Positions 26,614 to 39,000 of a DNA stretch of 64,000 nt are shown here, one piece after another (position 1 is the stretch's first letter; each line of letters starts with the position of its first letter). The DNA lies in NCBI RefSeq assembly GCF_009914755.1, contig NC_060938.1, one strand, 5' to 3'. Made by a program: the position numbers and the translations under genes. Origin of the DNA: the human T2T-CHM13v2.0 reference genome, Homo sapiens. The notes under the pieces were generated by a model. The model saw nothing but the letters and a program-made list of their open reading frames with translations. It was not told the origin of the DNA and ran no database searches.

Positions 26614-27012
26614 ATTCCACAACAGTGCTATCAGGATCTGAATGCTTGTCCCCCACGTAGGATTCCAGAACACTGCTGCAGTTTTCTGAGTGTTTGTCCC
26701 TAACATAGGATTCCAAAACACTATTCTGAGTGCCTGAACGTTTGTCCCTCACATGGGATTCCAGAACTCTGCTGCTGGGTTCTGAGTGTTTGTCCCACAC
26801 AAAGGATTGCAGAACAATGTTGCTGGGTTCTTAGTGTTTGTCCCTCACAAAGGATTACAGAACACTGTTGCTGGGTTCTGAGTGTTTGTCCCTCACATAG
26901 GATTCCAGAACACAGCTGCTGGTTCAAAGTGTTTGACCCTCACATACGATTCCAGAACACGGCTACAAGGTTCTGAATGTTTGTCCCTCACGAAGGATTC
27001 CAGAACACTGCT
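26614..27012. repeat. ~400-bp near-identical dispersed block, copy 2
   Basis: Shares private variants with 23932-24330, such as CTATTCTGAGTGCCTGAACG and GGTTCAAAGTGTTTGACCCTCACATACG. Confidence 0.9.
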
Positions 27013-30000
27013 GCTGGGCTCTGTTTATTTATCCCTCACAAAGGATTCCGGAGCACTGCTGATGGTTTCTGAGTATTTGTCACTCACATAGGATTCCAGA
27101 ACACTTCTACGAGGCTCCGAATATTTTTCCCTCAGATAACATTCCAGAACACAGTGGCTGGGTTCTGAGTGTTTGTCTCTCAAACAGAATTCCAGAACAC
27201 TGCTTCGAGGGTCTGAATGTTTGTATATCACAAAGCAATCTAAAACACTGCTGCAGGTTTCTGACTGTTTGTCACTCATTAAGGATTCGAAAATACTGCT
27301 GCTGGGTTCTTAGTGTTTGGCCCTCACATAGGATTCCAGGATACTGCTTTTGAGTTTTGAGTGTTTGTTCCTTACAAATGATTCCAGAACATTGCTACAG
27401 GTTTCTGACTGTTTGTCCTTCACATAGGATTCCAGAAGACTTCTTCAAGTCTCCGAATGTTTGTCCTTCAGATAGGATTCCAGAACACAGGGGCTGGGTT
27501 CTGAGTGTTTGTCCGTCCCATAGGGTATCAGAACACTGCTGCTGGGTTCTGAGTTTTTGTCCATCACATAGGATTCCAGAACACTGCTGCTTTGTTCTGA
27601 GTGTTTGTCCCTCACCTAGGAATCCAGAACACTGCAGCTCGGTAATGAGGGTTTGTCCCTCACATAGAATTCTAGAACACTGCAGATATTTTCTGAGCGT
27701 TTCTCCCTCAGTTGGGATTCCAGAAAACTGATAAGATTTTCTGAATGTTTGTCCCTTACCAAGTATTCCAGAACACTGATGCTGGGTTCTGACTGTTTGG
27801 CCCTCACATTGGTTTCCAAAACACTGCTATGCCCAAAACACTGCTATGTCTGAATGTCCCTCACATAGAATTCCAGAACACTGCTAAGGGGGTCTGAATG
27901 TTTGTCACTCACAAAGGATTCCAGAACACTGCTGATGGTTTCTTAGTGTTTGTCATTCACATAGGATTCCAGAACACTGCTGATGGTTTCTTAGTGTTTG
28001 TCATTCACATAGGATTCCAGAACACTGCCTTGAGGAACTGAATGTTGTCCCTCACAAAGGAGTACAGAACACTGCTGCTGGGTTCTGAGTGTTTGTCCCT
28101 AATGTGTGATTCCAGACCACCGCTATGAGGGTCTGAAAGTTTTTCCCTCATAAAGTATTGTAGAACAAGGCTACTGGGTTCTATTTGTTTGACCTTCACA
28201 ATAGATTCCAGAGCACTGCTGCAGATTTCTTAGTATTTGTCCCTCACGTAGAATTCCAGAACATTTCTACTAGGTTCTGAATGTTTGTCCCTCAGATAGG
28301 ATTCTAGCACACAGTGGATACCAGAACACTACTGCTGTGTTCTGAGTGTTTTTCCTCACAAAGTATTCTAGAACACTGCTGCTGGGTTCTGAGTGTTTGT
28401 CCCTCACATAGGATTCCAGAACACTGTTGCTGGATTCTGAGTGTTTGTCACTCACATAAGATTCCAGAACACTGCTACTGGGTTCTGTGTGTTTGTCCCT
28501 CACATAAGATTCCAGAATACTGCTACGAATTTCTGAAAGTTTGTCACTCCCACAGGACTCCAGAACACTGCAGTTGGGTTCTGAGTGTTTTTCCCTCACA
28601 TAGGATTCCAGAACACTGCTGCTGGTTTTTGAGTGTTTGTCCCTCATATAGGATTCCAGAACATTGTTACGAGGGTCTGAATATTTTTCCCACAGTAAGG
28701 ATTCCAGAACACTGTTATGAAGATGTAAATGTTTTTCCCTCTCAAGGGATTCCAGAACACTGCTGCTGGTTTCTGAGTGTTTGTCACTCATATATGATTA
28801 CAGAACACTGCTACGAGGCTCTGAAAATATTTCCCTCACATAGGATTCCAGAACACTGCTAGAAAGGTCTGAATGTTTTTCCCTCATAAAGGATTCCAGA
28901 GCACTGCTGTTGGTTTTTTAGAGTTTCTCCCTCACATAGGATTCCAGAACACTGCTACGAGGGTCTGAATGTTAGGCCCACAGATAGGATTCCTGTACAC
29001 AGTGAGTGGGTTCTGAGTGTTTGTCCCTCAAACAGGATTGAAGAACACGGCTGCTGGGTTGTGAGTGTTTGTTCTTCATATAGGATTCTAGAACACTGCT
29101 TGCTGCTGGGTTCTGAGTGTTTGTCCCTCACTTAGGATTCCCAAAATCTGTTACGAGGGTCTGAATGTTTGCCCATCACAAAGGATTGCAGAACATTGCT
29201 GATGGGATCGGAGTGTTTGTCCATCACATAGGATTCCAGAACACTGCTTCGAGCGTCTGAAAGTTTGTCCCACAGAAAGGATTCTAGAACACTGCTGCTG
29301 GTTTCTGAGTGTTTGTCACTCACATAGGATTCCAGAACTCTGCTACGAAATTCTGAATGTTTGTTGCTCACATTTTATTTCAGAAAACTGCTGCTGGGTT
29401 CTGAGGGTTTGACTTCATAGAGGAGTCCAGAACACTGCCGTTGGGTTATCAGTGTTTGTCCCTCACATAGGATTCCAGAACACTGCTACAAGGGTCTAAA
29501 TATTTTTCCCTCACAAAGATTCCAGAACACAGCTGCTGGGTTCTGTTTGCTTGTGCCTCACAAAGGATTCCAGATCACCGCTGCTAGTTTCTGAGTGTTT
29601 ATCCCTCACATAGGATTCCAGAACACTTCCACGAGTGTCTGAATATTTGTCACTCGACAAGATTCCAGAAAACAGCTGCTGGTTTCTGAGTGTGTGTTCA
29701 TCACATAGAATTCCAGAACACTGCTACTGGGTTCTGAGTGTATGTCCCTCAGATAGGATTCCAGAACACTTCTGCTGGATTGTGAGTGTTTGTCCCTCAC
29801 ATAAGATTCCAGAACACTGCTGCTGGGTTCTGAGTGTTTGTGCCTCCATTAGGATTCCGTAACACTGCTACAAGGGCCTGAATGTTTGTCCATAACAAAG
29901 GATTCCAGAAGATTTCTGCTGGGTTATGACTGTTTGTACCTCACATAGGATTCCAGAACACTGCTTCGAGGGTTTGAATGTTTGTCCCTCACAAAGGATT

Positions 30001-33000
30001 CAAGAACATTCCTGCGGGGTTCGGAGTGTTTGTCACTCACGCAGGATTCCAGAACACTGCTGCTGCGTTCTGGGCTTTTATCCCTCACTTAGGATTCAAG
30101 AACACTCCTACGAGGTTCTGAACGTTTGTCCCTAAAAAGGATTAGAGAACAGTGCTGCTGGGTTCAGATTTTTGTCCCTCACAAAAGATTCCAGAGCACT
30201 GCTGGTGGTTTCTGAGTGTTGTCCCTCACATAGGATTCCAGAACACTTCTACGATTGTCTGAATGTTTGTCCCTCATATAGGATTCCAGAACACAGTGGT
30301 TGGGTACTGAGTGTTTGTCCCTCACATGGGATTCCAGAACACTGCTGCTGGGTTCTGAGGGTTTGTCTCTCACATAGGATTCTAGAACACTGCTGCTGGG
30401 TTCTGAGTGTTTGTCCCTCAAATGGGATTCCAGAACAGTGCTATGAAGTTCTGAATCTTTGTCTTTCACTCAGGATTCCAAAACACTGCTGCTGGGTTCT
30501 GAATGTTTGTCCCTTACATAGGATTCCAGAACACTGCTACGGGGTTCTGAATGTTTTCCCTCAAAAAGGTTACAGAATAAAACTCTGGCTTGTGTTTGTT
30601 GCCCTCACAAAGGTCTCCATAGCACCGCTGCTGTTTTCTGAGTGTTTGTCCCTCACATAGGATTCCAGAACACCTCCACGGGTGTCTGAATATTTGTCCC
30701 TCAGAAGGATTCCAGAACACAGTGGCTTGGTTCTGAGTGTTTGTCCCTCACTTAGGATTCCAGAACACTGCTCCGACGGTCTGAATGTTTGTCCATCACA
30801 AAGGATTCCTGAACACTGCTGCTGGGTTGTGACTGTTCCTCCTTCACATAGGATTCCAGAGCACTGCTTTGAGGGCATGAATGCTTGTCCCACACAAAGA
30901 ATTCTAGAACACTGCTGCTGGATTCTGAGTGTTTGTCACTCACATAGGATTCCAGAATACTGCTGTTGGGTTCTGAGTGTTTGTCCCTCACATGGGATTC
31001 CAGAACGTTACTGCCTGGTTCTGAGTGTTTGTCCCACATCTAAGATTCCAGAACAATGCTGCTGGGTTCTGAGTGTTTGTCCCTCACATAAGATTCCAGA
31101 ACACTGCTACGAGGTTCTGAATGTTTGTCCCTCAGAAAGGATTCCAGAACGCTGCTGCTGGGTTCTGAGTGCTTATCCTTCACATAGGATTTCAGACCCC
31201 TGCTGCAGTGATCTGAGTGTTTGTCCATCACATAGGATTCCAGAACACTACTGCTGAGTTCTGAGTGTTTCTCCCTCACAGAGGATTCTACAACACTGCT
31301 GCTGGATTCTGAGTGTTTCTCCCACACCTAGGATTCCAGAACACTGCGAAGAGGTTCCGAATGTTTCTCCATCACAACAGATTACAGAAGATTGCTCCTA
31401 GGTTCTGAGAGTTGTCAATCACATAGGATTGCAGAACACTGCTTCGAAGGTCTGAATGTTTGTCCCTCAAAAAGCATTCCAGCACACTGCTGCTGGTTTC
31501 TGAGTGTTTGTCCCTCACTTGGGATTCCAGAATACTGCTGCTGGGTTCTGTGAGTTTGTCCCTCAAATAGGATTCCAGAACACTGCTTCGAGGTTCTGAA
31601 TGTTTGTACCCCACAAAGGATTCTAGAACATTGCTGCTGGGTTCTGAGGGTTTGTTCCTCATTTAGGATTTCAGAACACTGCTGCTGGGTTCAGAGTGTT
31701 TGTCTCTCAAGAGTGATTGCAGAACACTGCTGCTCAGTTCAGACGGTTTGTCCCTCACACAGGATTAAAGAACACTGCTATGAGGTTCTGAATGTTTTTC
31801 CCTCATAAAGGATTCCAGAATACTGCTGCTGGTTTCTGAGTGTTTATCCCTCACATAGGATTCCAGAACACTTCTACCAGTGTCTGAATGTTTGCCCCTC
31901 AGTTAGGATTCAAGAACACAGTGGCGGGGTTCCGAGTGTTTGTCCCTCACATAGGATTCCAGAACCCTGCTGCTTGGTTCTGTGTGTTTGTCCCTCACGG
32001 AGGATTCTAGGACACTGCTGCTGGCTTCTGGGTGTTTGTCCCTCACATGGGAAATCAGAACACTGCTACGACAGTCTGAGTGTTGTCTGTCACAAAGGAT
32101 TCCAGAACACTGCTACGAATTTCTGAATGTTTTTCGCTGACATGTGATTTCAGAACACTGCTGTTTTGTTCTCAGTGTTTGTCCATCACATAAGGTTCCA
32201 GAACACTGCTGCTGGGTCCTGTGTGTTTGTCCCTCACATAGAATTCCAGAACACTGCTACGGGGTTCTAAATATTTTTCCCTCACATAGGATTCCAGAAG
32301 ACTGCTGCTGGGTTCTGTTTGTTTCTCCCACAAAAAGGATTCCAGAACACCTATGTTGGTTTCTGAGCGTCTCTCACGTAGGATTCCAGAACACTTCCAC
32401 GAGTGTCTGAATGTTTGTCACTCAGATAGGTTTCCAGAACACAGTGGCTGGGTTTGAGTGTTTGTCCCTCACATAGGATTCCATAATGCTGCTGCTGGGT
32501 TCTGATTGCTTGTTCCTCACATACGATTCCAGAACACTGCTTCTGAGTTCTGAGTCTTTGTTTCACATATAATTCCAGAACACTGCTGTTGGGTTCTGAG
32601 TGTTAGTCCCTCACCAAGGATTCCAGAACACTGCTGCTGGTTTCTGAGTGTTTGTACCTCACTTAGCTTTCAAGAACACTAATACTGAGTTCTGAGTGTT
32701 TGTCCCTTACGTAGGATTCCAGAACACTCCTACGAGGGTCTGAATGTATGTCCATCACAAAGGATTCCAGAACACTGCTGTTGGGTTCTGAGTGTTTCTC
32801 CCCTACATAGGAATCCAGAACACTGCTACTGGGTTGTGAGTGTTTGTGCCTCACATAAGATTCCAGAACACTGCTACGAGGGTCTGAATGTTTGTCTCTC
32901 ACAAAGGATTCCATAACACTGCTGCTGGGTTCTGAGAGTTTGTACCTCACATAGGATTCCAGAACAGGGCTGCTAGGATCTCAGTGTTTGTCTCTCACAT

Positions 33001-36000
33001 GGGATTCCATAACACGGCTGCTGGGATCAGAGTGTTTCGCCCTCACATAGGATTCCAGAACACTGCTGCTGAGATCACAGTGTTTTTCCCTCACATAGGA
33101 TTCCAGAACACTGCCACGAGGTTCTGAATGACTGGCCCGCACAGACAATTCCAGAACCCAGTTCCTGGGTTCTGAGTGTTGTCACTCACATAGTATTCCA
33201 GAACACTGCTGCTGGGATTACTCTGCTTGTCCCTCACAAGGGATTACAGAGCACTGCTGTTGGTTTCTGGGTGGTTGTCCCTCACATAGAATTCCAGAAC
33301 AATGCTGCTGGGTTCTGAGGGTTTTTCCTTCATATAGTATTCCAGAACACTGCTACGAGACTGTGAATGTTTATCCCTCAGTAAGAAATCCAGAACACTA
33401 CTGATGGGTTCGGACTGTTTGTCCCACATATTGGACTCCAGAACAATGCAACGAGTGTCTGCATGTTTTTCCCTCACATAGGATTCCAAAACACTGCTAC
33501 AAGGGTCTGAATGTTTTTCCCTCACATAGGATTCCATAACACTGCCACAAGGGTCTAAATATTTTTTCCCTCACAAAGGATTCCAGACCACTGCTTCTGT
33601 GTTCTGCTTCTTTGTCCCTCACAAAGGATTCCAGAGCTCTGCTGCTTGTTTCTTAGTGTTTGTCCCTCATATATGATTCCGGAACACTTCTACTTGGGAC
33701 TGCACGTTTGTCCCTCAGATAGGTTTCCAGTACACAGTGGCTGGGTTCTGACGGTTTGTCCCTCAGATAGGATTACAGAACACTGCTGCTGGGTTCTGAG
33801 TGTTTGTCCCTCACATGGGATTCCAGAAAACTGCTACGAGAGTCTCAATGTTTGTCAATCACAAAGGATTCCAGAACACTGCTGCTGGGATCCGAGTGTT
33901 TGTCCCTCAGGTATGATTCCACAGCATTGCTTCTTGCATCTGAATGTTTGTCCCTTACAGAGGTTTCTGTAACACTGCTGATGGTTTATGAGTGTTTGTC
34001 AGTCATATGGGATTTGAGAACACTGCTGCTTGCTTCTGACAGTCTGTCCCTCTCATAGGATTGCAGAACACTGCTACGAGGTTCCGAATGTTTGTCACTC
34101 ACAAAGGATTGCAGAACTCTGCTGCTCTGTTCTGCGTGTTTGTCCCTCACATAGGATTCCTGAACACTGCTGCTGGTTTCTGAGTGTTTGTCCAACACAT
34201 AGGATTCCTGAAAACTGCTGCTGCATTCTGAGTGTTTGTCCCTCACATAAGATTCCAGAACAATTCTATGCGTTTCTGAGTGTTTGTTCCTCTCATAGGA
34301 TTCCAGAACATAGTGGAAGGGTTCTGAGTGTTTGGCCCTCGCATAGGATTCCACAACACTACTGTTGTGTTCTGAGTGTTTCTCCCTCACCGAGGATTCC
34401 AGAACACTGCTGCTGGTTTCTGAGTGTTTGTCCCTCCCTTAGGATTCCAGACCACTGCTACTGAGTTCTGAGTGTTTGTCACTTACGTAGGATTCCAGAA
34501 CACTGCCACGAGGGTCTGAATGTTTGTCCATCACAAAGGATTTCAGAATGCTGCTGCTGGGTTCTGAGTGTTTGTCTCTTACATAAGATTCCAGAACACT
34601 GCTACAGGGTTGTGAGAGTTTGTGCCTCACGTAGGATTCCAGAACACTGCTACTAGGGTCTGAATGTTTGTCCCTCACAAAGGATTCTAGAACACTGCTG
34701 CTGGATTCGTAGAGTTTGTCCCTCACATAGGATTCCAGAACACTTCTACGAGGGTCTGAACGTTTGTCCCTCACATAGGATTCCAAAACACTGTGGCTGG
34801 GTGCTGAGTGTTTGTCCCTCATATAGGATTCCAGAACACTGCTATGAATTTCTCAATGTTTGTCGCTCACATAGGATTTCAGAACTCTGTTGCTGTGTTC
34901 TGAGTGTTTGTCCCTCACAAAGGATACCAGAACACTTCTACGAGTCTCTGAATGTTTGTCCCACAGATGGCATTCTAGAGCACAGTGGCTGGGTGCTGAG
35001 TGTTTATCCATCTCATAGGATTCCAGAACACTGCTTCAAGGGTCTGAATGTTTCTATCTCACAGAGGAATCTAGAACACTGCTGCATGGTTCTGAATGTT
35101 CATCACTCACATGGGATTCCAGAACGCTGCTGCTGGGTTCTGATAGTTTATCTATTCACATGGGATTCCAGAACACTGCTGCTGGGTTCAGAGTGTTTGT
35201 CCCTCACAAAGTATTCCAGAACACTGCTGGTGAGTTCTGAGTGTTTGTCCCTCACATAGGATTCCAGAACACTCCCAAGGGGTTCCCAGTGTTTGTCCCT
35301 CAGGTAGGATTACGGAACACAGTGACTGGGTTTTGAGTGTTTTTCCCACACTTAGTGTAACAGAACATTGCTGCTGGGTTTTGAGTGTTTCCCCTTCACA
35401 TAGGATTCCAGAACACTGCTGCTAGGTTCTGAGTGTTTGTCTATCACAAAAGATTCCAAAACAATGCTGCTCGATACTGAGGGTTTGTCCCTCACATAGA
35501 ATTCTAGAACACTGCAATTTGTTTCTGAGGGTTTCTCCCTCACTTAGGATTCCAGAACACTGCTACCATTGTCTGAATGTTTTCCCCATACAAAGTATTC
35601 CAGAACACTATTGCTGGGTTCTGAGTGTTTGGCCCTTACATTGGTTTCCAGAACACTGCTATGAGGGTCAGAATATCCCTCACATAGTATTCCAGAACAC
35701 TGTTAAGAGTGTATGAGCGTTTGTCCCTCACAAAGGATTCCATATCACTGCTACGGGTGTCTGAATGCCTGTCCTTCACACAGGATTCCAGAACACTGCC
35801 ACTGGGTTCTGAATTTTTGTCCTTCCATAGCATTCCAGAACACTCCTCTGAGGGTGTGAATGTTTGTCCTTCACATAGGATTCCAGAAAAATGCTTCGAG
35901 GGTTTGAATGCTTGTCCCTCACAATGAATTATAGAACACTCCTCCTGGGCTCTGAGTGTTTGTCACTCACATAGGATTCCAGAAAACTGCTGCTGGGTTC

Positions 36001-39000
36001 TGAGTGGTTTTCCCTCACATAGGATTCCCAAACACTACTGCTGGGTTCTGAGTGTTTGTCCTTCACATAGGATTCCAGAGTTATGCTACGAGGTTCTGAA
36101 TGTCTGTCCAACCCTAAGGATTTCAGAACATTGCTGCTGGGTTCTGAGTGTTTCCCCCGCATGTAGGTTTCCAGAACACTGCTTCGAGGGTCTGAATGTT
36201 TGTCCCTCACAAAGAATTCTAGAACACTGCTGTTGGTTTCTAAGTGTTTGTCCCTCACATGGGGATCCAGAACCCTGCTGCTTCGTTCACAGTGCTTGTC
36301 CATCACATAAGATTACAGAACACAGCTACGAGGTTCTCAATGTTTGTCCCTCACAAAGGATTCCAGAACACTGCTTCCAGGTTCTGAGTGATTGTCCCTC
36401 ACATAGGATTACAGAACTCTCCTGCTGGGTTCTGGTTGTTTGTCCCTCACAAAAGAATCCAGAGCACTCCTGCTGGTTTCTGAGTGTTTGTCCCTTACGT
36501 AGGATTCCAGAACACTGCTTCGAGGGTCTGAATGTTTGTCCCTCACAAAGGATTCTAGAACACTGCTGCTGGTTTCTGAGTGTTTGTCACTCACATAGGA
36601 TTCCAGAACACTGCTGTGGGGTTCTGAGTGTTTCTCCCTCACATGGGATACTAGAACACTGCTGCTGGGTTCTGATTGTTTTTCCCTCACATTGGATTAC
36701 AGAACACTGCTGCGGCATTCTGAATGTTTATCCCTCAAAAAGGATTCTAGAACACGCTGCAGGGATCTGAGTGTCTGTCCCTCACGAAGGATTCTAGAAC
36801 ACTGCTGCTGGCTTCTGAGTGTTTGTCCCTCACATAAGATTCCAGAACACTGCTGCTGTGTTCTGACTGTTTGTCCCCCACATAGGATTCCAGAACACTG
36901 ATGCTGGGTTCTGAGTGGTTTTCCCTCAATTAGGATTCCAGAACACTACTGTTGGGTGCTGAATGTTTGTTCTTCACATAGAATTCCAGAACAATGCTAC
37001 GAAGTTCTGATAGTTTGTCGCTCACATAGGATTCCAGAACACTGCTGCTGGGTTTTGAGTGTTTGTCCCTCACAGAAGATTACAGAATACTGCTACGAGG
37101 GTCTGAATGTTTATCACTTACAGAGGGATCCAGAACACTGCAACTGGGTTCTGACTGTTTGTCCCTCATATTAGATTCCAGAACAATGCTACGAGGGTCT
37201 GAATGTTTTTCCTTCACATAGGATTCCAGAACACTTTTACGAGGGTGTGAATGTTTTTCCCTCCCAAAGGATTCCAGAAGACTGCTGCTGGGTTCTGAGT
37301 GTTTGTCCCTCATATAGGATTCCAGAGCACTGCTACGAGGGTCTGAATTTCTTTCCCTCACATAGGTTTCCAGAACACTGCTATAAGGATGTGAAAGTTT
37401 TTCCCTCAAAAGGATAGCAGCACACTGCTCCTGGGTTCTGTTTGTTTGTCCCTCAGAAAGGATTCTAGAACACTGCTGCAGATTTCTTAGTGTTTGTCCG
37501 TCACACAGGATTCCAGAAAACTTCTACGAAGTTCGGAATGTTTTTCCTTCAGATAGGTTTCCAGTACACAGTGGAATCCAGTACACAGCCACTGTTTCTG
37601 AGTGTTTGTACCTCACATAGGATTCCAGAACACTGCTGCTGGGTTCTGAATCTTTGTCCCACACAAAGGATTCTAGACCACTGTTGCTGTGTTCTGAGTG
37701 TTTGTCCCACACATAGGATTCTGAAAAACTGCTACGAGGGTCTGAATGTTTGTCCATCACAAAGGATTCCAGAAAACTGCTGCAGGGATTGTGGTGTTTG
37801 TCCCTCACGTAGGATTCCAGAACACTGCTTTGAGGTTCAGAATGTTTGTCACACAAAAAGGATTCTTGAACAGTGCTGCTGGTTTCTGAGTCTTTGTCGC
37901 TCAAACAGGATTACAGAACATTGCAGCTGGGTTCTGAGTGTTTGTCCCTCATATGGGATTGCAGAACACTGCTGCTGTGTTCTGAGTGTTTGTCCCTTAC
38001 GTACGATTCCTGAACATTGCTATGAGGTTCCGAATGTTTGTTCCTCACAAAGGATTCCAGAACACTGCTGCTGGGTTCTGAGTGTTTGTACCTCACGTAG
38101 AATTCCAGAACACTGCTACGAAGTTGTGAAAGTTTGTCCCTCACAGAGGATTCCAGAACACTGCTGCTGGGCTCAGAGTGTTTGTCCCTCACATAGGACT
38201 CCAAACCACTGCTGCTGGGTTCGGAGCATTTGTCCCTCACATAGGATTCCAGCACACTGCTATGACGGTCTGAATGTTTATCCCTCAATAAAGGTTCCAG
38301 AACACTGCTACTGGGTTCTGAGTGTTTGTCCCTCATATTGGATTCCAGAACAATGCTACGAGGGTATGAAGGTTTCTCCCTCACATGGGATTCAAGAACA
38401 CTATTAGGAGAGTGTGGTTTCCCGAGCGCTGCTGGTGGGTTCTGTGTGTTTGTCCCTCATATAGGATCCCAGAACACTGCTATGAGGGTATGAATGTTTT
38501 TCTATCACATAGGATTCCAGAACACTGCTATGAGGGTTTGAATATTTTTTCCTCACAAAGGATTGTAGAACACTGCTGCTGGGTTCTGAGTGTTTGTCCC
38601 TCACATAGGATACCAGAACACTGCTGCTGGGTTCTGAATGTTTGTCCCTCACTTAGGAATCCAGAACGCTGCTGCTGGGTTCTCAGTGTTTGTCCCTCAC
38701 ATAGAATTCCAGAACACTGCTACAAACTTCTGAAAGTTTGTCGCTCACGTAGTATTCCAGAATATTGTGCTGGGTTCTAAGTGTTTGTCCCACACATAGG
38801 ATTCCAGAACACAGCTGCTGGGTTCCGAGTGTTTGTCCCTCAGATAGGATTCCAAAATACTATTACGAGGGTCTGAATGTTTTTCCCTCACGAAAGATTC
38901 AAGAACACTGCTTCTGGGTTCTGATTGTTTGTCCCTCACAAAGGATTCCAGAGCACTGCTGCTGGCTTCTGAGGGTTTTTCCCTCACATAGGATTCCAGA

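Noticed and set aside
37490-38407. Cys/His-rich 305-aa ORF resembling a zinc-finger or metal-binding protein
   Set aside because: The period is 16 aa, not the 28 aa of C2H2 fingers. There is no C-x2-C...H-x3-H spacing or TGEKPY linker; it is the satellite read in another frame.
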